Shown here in pieces: positions 59,035 to 64,000 of a stretch of 64,000 nt of DNA. Position 1 is the first letter of the stretch. Every line of letters starts with the position of its first letter. Source of the stretch: Pedosphaera sp. (GTDB lineage: Bacteria; Verrucomicrobiota; Verrucomicrobiia; Limisphaerales; SIBH01). The position numbers were made by a program, and so were the translations under genes. The notes under the pieces are model-generated. The model worked only from the letters and a program-made list of their open reading frames with translations, was not told the origin of the DNA and searched no databases. The stretch lies in contig SIBH01000001.1 in the NCBI GenBank assembly GCA_009695285.1, positions 10,296 to 74,295 of the forward strand, in the 5' to 3' direction.

Positions 59035-62000
59035 GCCCTCAGAACGCGAACAACTACCGGATCACGGACGCCGACCACATCGGTGAGGGCGGCCCGAAGC
59101 AGAAGTATCGCCAGAATCTCGCAGCCATTAGCACCCTGCGACAGATTCAGGCGGAGGCGCGGATGGCGACGCCCGATGAGAAAGCGGTCATCGCCAAGTA
59201 TGTCGGCTGGGGCGGCCTGCCGCAGGTATTCGCGACTTCGGAGGACGCTCCGCAGTGGAGTGCCGAGCAGGAGGAACTGGCCGGATTTCTGGAGCCGGAC
59301 GAACTCAGTTCAGCGCGCGCCACGGTGCTCAACGCGCACTACACGTCGCCCACGGTCATCCGGGCGATGTATGCGGCCCTGAGCCGCCTCGGCTTCACGC
59401 ACGGCCGCGTCCTCGAGCCCGCCTGCGGTCTCGGGCACTTCTTCGGCGTGATGCCGGAGGCGATGGCAGCCCGCTCGGACCTGACCGGCATCGAGATCGA
59501 CCGCCTCACGGCCCGGCTCGCCAAAACTCTCTACCCGGATGCGGATATCCACTCACAGGCGTTCGAGGACGTGACGCTCCCGACCAACCGCTTCGACCTG
59601 GTGGTTTCCAATGTCCCATTCGGCGACTACGCGCCGTTCGACCCCAAGCTCAATCCGCGAAAGTTTCATATCCACGACTACTTCTTTGTCGCGGCAGCGG
59701 AGCGGGTGCGGCCCGGCGGCCTCGTCGCCTTCATCACCTCGCGGGGCACGCTCGACAAACAGTATCCGCACATGCGCGAAGCCGTGGCCAAGTCCTGCGA
59801 TTTCGTCGGCGCGATCCGGCTCCCCAATACCACCTTCAAGAAGAACGCCGGCACCGAGGTGACGACGGACATCGTGTTCCTCCGCAAGCGCGCCCCCGGC
59901 GAGAAACCTGGCGGCCAGCCGTGGCGCGAGAGCCGGCCGTTGGGCGCGCGCGAGAATCCCATTTTCCTCAACGAGTATTACCATGCGCATCCCGGAATGA
60001 TGCTCGGTGAGCTGGAGCGGGTGGAACGCGGGATGTATGGCCGGGAAGAGGTGCGGCTGTCCGGCGATGGCCGCGATCTGGGCGAGGCGCTGGCCAAGGC
60101 GGTGCAGAAACTGCCGGCGGGTATCTATCAGCCGTTGACCGGGGCGCAGGCCGCCGCGATGCGGCAGACGATCCCGGCCCCACCGGGCGTGAAGCCGAAT
60201 GCCTACGTCCTGACCGATGAGGGTGGCGGCGGGATCGCGGTCCGCGATGGAGATGAACTGCGGCTCCTGACGGAACTGCCTCCGCAGATGGCGCGGCGTA
60301 TCCGGCGCCTGATCTATGTGCGCGACGCGGCGCGCGACTGCCTGCGCACCCAGGTTGAGAACCGGCCTGATGCCGAGGTCGAGGCCGCGCGCTTCCGGCT
60401 CAACCAGGACTACGACTATTTCACGGGACAGTTTGGGCCGATCTCGCAGTCGGCCAATGTCCGCGCGTTCGCGGGTGACCCCGACCTGCCGCTGCTCCTG
60501 TCGCTGGAGAACTACGACGACGACATGGACACCGCGACCAAGACCGCGATTTTCCGCGAGCGGACCATCCAGCGCCGCCAGCCGGTGCTGGCCGCCGGAG
60601 GTGCAAAAGAGGCTCTTGTCATCACCCTGAGCGAGAAGGGCAAGGTGGACCTGGGGCATATCGGCAAGCTGCTCGGCAAGGCGGAGGCGGATTTCCTCCC
60701 GGAATTGCAGGGGGCGCTCTTTCTCAACCCGGAAACCAAGCGCTGGGAAACCGACGATGACTATCTCTCCGGCAACGTCCGTCACAAACTGGTCACGGCG
60801 GAGAAGGCCGCAGCGAAAGACGCCAGATTCCACCTTAATGTCGAAGCCCTGCAGGACGTCCAACCGGCCGACCTGAAGGCCACGGAAATCGACGCCCGGC
60901 TCGGGGCGGCGTGGATTCCAGCGGAAGACGTGGCGGCATTCGGTCTCGAACTTCTGCGCGGCCACCATCCCGGCGATGTGCGCGTCCACCACGCGGCGCA
61001 GGTCGGCCTGTGGACGGTGGAGGTGAATGCGCACATCAAGACGGGCGTCGCCGACCGCAGCGAATGGGGCACCGCGCGCATGGCGGGCCACGCCCTGATC
61101 GAGGACGCGCTCAATCTCCGCACCCCGACGATTTTCGACTACGACAGCGAGGGGAAGGCCACGGTCAATGCGTCCGCGACCGAGGCGGCCCGCGAGAAAC
61201 AGCAAAAGCTCAAGGACCGCTTCGCCGAGTGGATCTGGCAGGACGATGCCCGGCGCGAACGGCTCGTCGCCTTCTACAATCGCGAGTTCAATCACCTCCG
61301 GCTCCGCACCTTCAACGGTGACCACCTCGCGCTGCCGGGTGCCAGTCCGACGATCACGCTGCGCCCGCACCAGAAAGCGGGTGTCTGGCGCATCCTGCAA
61401 ACGCCCAACACCCTGCTCGCGCATGTGGTCGGCGCGGGCAAGACCTACACGATGGCGGCGGCAGCGATGGAATTGAAGCGGCTCGGACTGGCGAGGAAGC
61501 CCATGTTTGTCGTCCCGAATCACATGCTGGGCCAGTTCAGCACGGAACTGCTCGCCCTGTATCCCGGGGCGAACATCCTGGCGGCCGGGCGGGATGATTT
61601 CGCGAGTCAGCGCCGGCGTGAACTGATGAGCCGCATCGCGACGAACAATTGGGACGCGATCATCGTGACACATTCAGGTTTCGAGCGGCTGCCCTTGTCC
61701 GCCAAAGCACGGAAAGAATTTCTCGACGGACAGCTCACCGAATTGGTCCTGTGCATTCTGGAGCACAAAAACCGGACCGGCGGGTCGGCGTCCGGCACCC
61801 GGATTGTCAAGGAACTGGAACGCGCGAAGAAGCGCTTGGAGGGCCGGGTCAAGGCGCTCGGGGCGGAGCACCGGAAGGATGATACCCTCACATTTGAAGA
61901 ACTTGGCGTTGACCGGTTGTTCGTCGATGAGGCGCAGGCCTTCAAGAACCTGTTCTATATTTCCAAGATGACACGGGTGGCTGGGTTGCCGCAGACCGCG

Positions 62001-63995
62001 TCGGAGCGGGCCTTCGACATGTTCCTCAAGGTGCAGCACGTCCAGAAGCAGAATGGGGGCGGCGGGGTGGTCTTTGCGACCGGCACGCCGGTTACCAACA
62101 CGATGGCGGAAATGTTCACGATGCAGCGCTACCTGCAGATGGACTCGCTGCGCCGTCATCATCTCCAGCATTTCGATGCCTGGGCGGGCACGTTCGGTGA
62201 GACGGTGACCGCAATGGAATTGGCCCCGGACGGTGCCGGCTACCGGCTGCACACCCGGTTTGCGCGTTTCGTGAACGTGCCGGAATTGATGCAGATGTTC
62301 CGGCAGATGGCCGACGTGCAGACGGCGGACATGCTCAAGCTTCCGATTCCCTCGCTCGATGGTGGGAAACCCCGCATCGTCCGCGCCCCCTCTACACCCG
62401 AGTTAAAGGAATTTGTGGCTTCGCTCGCGAAACGGGCCGAGAAACTCAAACGCGAGCATATCGATCCTTCGGTGGACAACATGCTCAAGATCACGGGTGA
62501 AGGGCGAAAGGCGGCGCTTGATCTGCGGCTGGTGCGCGGGCGCGCGGCCGATGCGCCGGAGGGCAAGGTCAACCAGGCAGTCCGGGAAATCTTCTCCATC
62601 TGGCAGGAGACCCGCATGGACCGGTTGACGCAGATGGTGTTCTGCGACCTGTCCACGCCCAAAGTCGAGGGCCGGGGCTTCTCGGTCTATCAGGACGTCA
62701 AGGCCAAGCTGGTGGCGCGCGGGGTGCCCCCCGAGGAAATCGCTTTCATCCAGGATCACGATGGCGATGCGGCCAAGCTCACCCTGTTCAAGGACGTGCG
62801 GGCCGGCAAGGTGCGCGTCCTTTTGGGGTCCACCCAAAAAATGGGAGCCGGCACGAACGCGCAAACCAAGCTCGTTGCGTTGCACCATCTGGATGCCCCC
62901 TGGCGGCCGGCCGACATCGAGCAGCGTGAAGGGCGCATCCTGCGGCAGGGCAACCAAAACTTGGTCGTGCGGGTAAACCGCTACGTCACGGAAGGCAGCT
63001 TTGACGCCTACATGTGGCAGACCCTCGAAACCAAGGCCAAATTCATCGGGCAGGTAATGACTGGACGGACCATGGCCCGGAAGATCGAGGACCTGGACTC
63101 GCCTGCGCTCACTTACGCCGAAATCAAAGCCATCGCGTCGGGCAACCCACTGGTCATCGAAAAAGCCAAGGTGGATGCCGAGGTCATGCGGCTGTCGCGG
63201 CTTCGTTCCGAGCACAGCGAATCGCAGTATGGCACGCGCAACCGGCTGCGGATGGCGGGGGAGGATGTGACCCGGCTGGAGCGGCAGGTGGCCGCAGTGG
63301 AAAAGGATCTGGCGGCTCGACAGGACACCCAGGGCGACAATTTCAGGATCACGCTCGAAAAAAAGACCTATACCGAACGTGCGGAGGCCGGCAATGCACT
63401 CGTCTATCTCGTGGCCGGCCACCGCGACGACCACCTGGCCGGCCGCACTGGCACGGTGATCTTGGGTGAGATGGCCGGCTTCAAACTCGAATACCGGTCA
63501 ACTTGGCCGGACAAGGTCATGCTGCGCGGCGCGGCGGAGTATGTCGCCAATGTCTCGCCGTCGCCGGTGGGCTCCATCAGTTCGCTCGAACACGCGGCCC
63601 GCTGCATTGACGAGCAGGCGATGCGATGCCGGGAGGAGCTTACGCGCTGCCAGACCAATGTTGCCGAGTTAGCTGCGCTGACCGGAAAGATTTTCGAACA
63701 CGAGGAGAGTTACCGCGAACTGGTCAAACGGCAGGGAGAGTTGGTGGATCTCCTCGACATCACCAAGAATCAAGCCGCCGCTCAGCAGGCGACCGAAACC
63801 AAGGACGACGTGGAGTCTATAACGGCGGATGTGTCGGCGGAGCCAACGCCTGATGAGGTCGAAGTTTCTCACGAGTATGTGCCGGCAGCTGAGAAACCGG
63901 CCATTAAGCCCGCCAAGAAGGCAAAGCCAGTGAAGCACTCGCCCACGGTGCGTCTGGCGCCGCCGAAGAGACCGGCGATGCGCCTGTCGGCCTAA
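58980..63995 (+). CDS. Giant N6-adenine DNA methyltransferase / SNF2-type helicase fusion (P1 DarB-like, anti-restriction candidate)
   Basis: MTase motif I is VLEPACGLGHFF and motif IV is SNVPFGDY. The helicase Walker A is LAHVVGAGKTY, the DEAQ box is LFVDEAQAFKN, and the C-terminal helicase motif is LLGSTQKMGAGTNAQ..HLDAPWRPADIEQREGR. The start is uncertain: an in-frame GTG at 58980 precedes the conserved NYRITD N-terminus, and the first ATG is near 59164. The ORF-track extension to 58722 is rejected. Confidence 0.85.
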   Translation: MGADPGEIYSAPAGALEVGPQNANNYRITDADHIGEGGPKQKYRQNLAAISTLRQIQAEARMATPDEKAVIAKYVGWGGLPQVFATSEDAPQWSAEQEELAGFLEPDELSSARATVLNAHYTSPTVIRAMYAALSRLGFTHGRVLEPACGLGHFFGVMPEAMAARSDLTGIEIDRLTARLAKTLYPDADIHSQAFEDVTLPTNRFDLVVSNVPFGDYAPFDPKLNPRKFHIHDYFFVAAAERVRPGGLVAFITSRGTLDKQYPHMREAVAKSCDFVGAIRLPNTTFKKNAGTEVTTDIVFLRKRAPGEKPGGQPWRESRPLGARENPIFLNEYYHAHPGMMLGELERVERGMYGREEVRLSGDGRDLGEALAKAVQKLPAGIYQPLTGAQAAAMRQTIPAPPGVKPNAYVLTDEGGGGIAVRDGDELRLLTELPPQMARRIRRLIYVRDAARDCLRTQVENRPDAEVEAARFRLNQDYDYFTGQFGPISQSANVRAFAGDPDLPLLLSLENYDDDMDTATKTAIFRERTIQRRQPVLAAGGAKEALVITLSEKGKVDLGHIGKLLGKAEADFLPELQGALFLNPETKRWETDDDYLSGNVRHKLVTAEKAAAKDARFHLNVEALQDVQPADLKATEIDARLGAAWIPAEDVAAFGLELLRGHHPGDVRVHHAAQVGLWTVEVNAHIKTGVADRSEWGTARMAGHALIEDALNLRTPTIFDYDSEGKATVNASATEAAREKQQKLKDRFAEWIWQDDARRERLVAFYNREFNHLRLRTFNGDHLALPGASPTITLRPHQKAGVWRILQTPNTLLAHVVGAGKTYTMAAAAMELKRLGLARKPMFVVPNHMLGQFSTELLALYPGANILAAGRDDFASQRRRELMSRIATNNWDAIIVTHSGFERLPLSAKARKEFLDGQLTELVLCILEHKNRTGGSASGTRIVKELERAKKRLEGRVKALGAEHRKDDTLTFEELGVDRLFVDEAQAFKNLFYISKMTRVAGLPQTASERAFDMFLKVQHVQKQNGGGGVVFATGTPVTNTMAEMFTMQRYLQMDSLRRHHLQHFDAWAGTFGETVTAMELAPDGAGYRLHTRFARFVNVPELMQMFRQMADVQTADMLKLPIPSLDGGKPRIVRAPSTPELKEFVASLAKRAEKLKREHIDPSVDNMLKITGEGRKAALDLRLVRGRAADAPEGKVNQAVREIFSIWQETRMDRLTQMVFCDLSTPKVEGRGFSVYQDVKAKLVARGVPPEEIAFIQDHDGDAAKLTLFKDVRAGKVRVLLGSTQKMGAGTNAQTKLVALHHLDAPWRPADIEQREGRILRQGNQNLVVRVNRYVTEGSFDAYMWQTLETKAKFIGQVMTGRTMARKIEDLDSPALTYAEIKAIASGNPLVIEKAKVDAEVMRLSRLRSEHSESQYGTRNRLRMAGEDVTRLERQVAAVEKDLAARQDTQGDNFRITLEKKTYTERAEAGNALVYLVAGHRDDHLAGRTGTVILGEMAGFKLEYRSTWPDKVMLRGAAEYVANVSPSPVGSISSLEHAARCIDEQAMRCREELTRCQTNVAELAALTGKIFEHEESYRELVKRQGELVDLLDITKNQAAAQQATETKDDVESITADVSAEPTPDEVEVSHEYVPAAEKPAIKPAKKAKPVKHSPTVRLAPPKRPAMRLSA

Positions 63996-64000
63996 GCTCA

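Larger units (their letters stand above)
26336..64000. mobile_element. Conjugative element arm (probable ICE): T4SS, T4P-like module, T4CP, relaxase, oriT, cargo. Boundaries not resolved.
   Basis: From 26.3 kb onward every recognisable gene belongs to conjugation, plasmid-type maintenance or anti-restriction. The left flank is ordinary catabolic chromosome. No integrase or att repeat is seen in the window, so the left limit (about 26320-27180) is approximate and the right end lies beyond 64000. Confidence 0.7.

Noticed and set aside
1-64000. Searched by eye for CRISPR arrays, rRNA, tRNA, integrase/recombinase genes and att-type long direct repeats.
   Set aside because: No regularly spaced repeats, rRNA-like conserved blocks, cloverleaf candidates or tyrosine/serine recombinase motifs were seen. 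Absence cannot be proven without tools such as tRNAscan or Infernal.

Overview
A 64-kb high-G+C window with two very different halves. No rRNA, tRNA or CRISPR array was recognised.

(1) About 1-26.3 kb looks chromosomal. It carries carbohydrate, amino-sugar and acid-sugar catabolic loci:
- two sodium:solute symporters, NagA, a NagB-family deaminase, a class I aldolase and a class III aminotransferase;
- a DeoR regulator, a ceramidase-like hydrolase, an FGGY kinase, an HpcH-like aldolase and a sulfatase;
- an Fe-ADH, a DapA-family lyase, a PdxA-family dehydrogenase and a DUF1537-type four-carbon acid-sugar kinase.

This half is visibly decaying. It contains:
- a multiply disrupted metallohydrolase gene;
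- a decayed partial duplicate of the nagA-deaminase pair, split by an IS630-family element whose own transposase is frameshifted;
- a frameshifted CBM9-like gene;
- a sulfatase with two compensating frameshifts;
- a probably deletion-derived LamG/glycosidase chimera.

(2) About 26.3-64 kb is one arm of a conjugative element, probably an ICE. The integrase and the far boundary are not in the window. It contains:
- a MOBF (TrwC-like) relaxase-helicase with a candidate oriT, a type IV coupling protein and a ParA-like ATPase;
- a hipBA toxin-antitoxin pair, an AraC regulator and a tandem-RHH (TraY-like) protein coupled to an orphan Clp-D2 AAA+ ATPase;
- a roughly 1,670-aa DNA methyltransferase-SNF2 helicase fusion (P1 DarB-like);
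- a VirB-type T4SS operon (virB2, virB3-4, B5/trbJ, B6, B8, B9, B10).

The most striking point is that the T4SS operon runs without a break into a complete type IV pilus/T2SS-like module. That module has a PilP-like lipoprotein, a GspF platform, two prepilin-type proteins, a repeat adhesin candidate, a secretin, a GspE ATPase and PilM/N/O-like proteins. It sits at the position where virB11 normally lies.

A 14-nt motif, CGTATGGGTTT(A/T)AG, recurs five times at the control points of the element.

All family assignments come from motif recognition by eye. No database search or numerical computation was possible.
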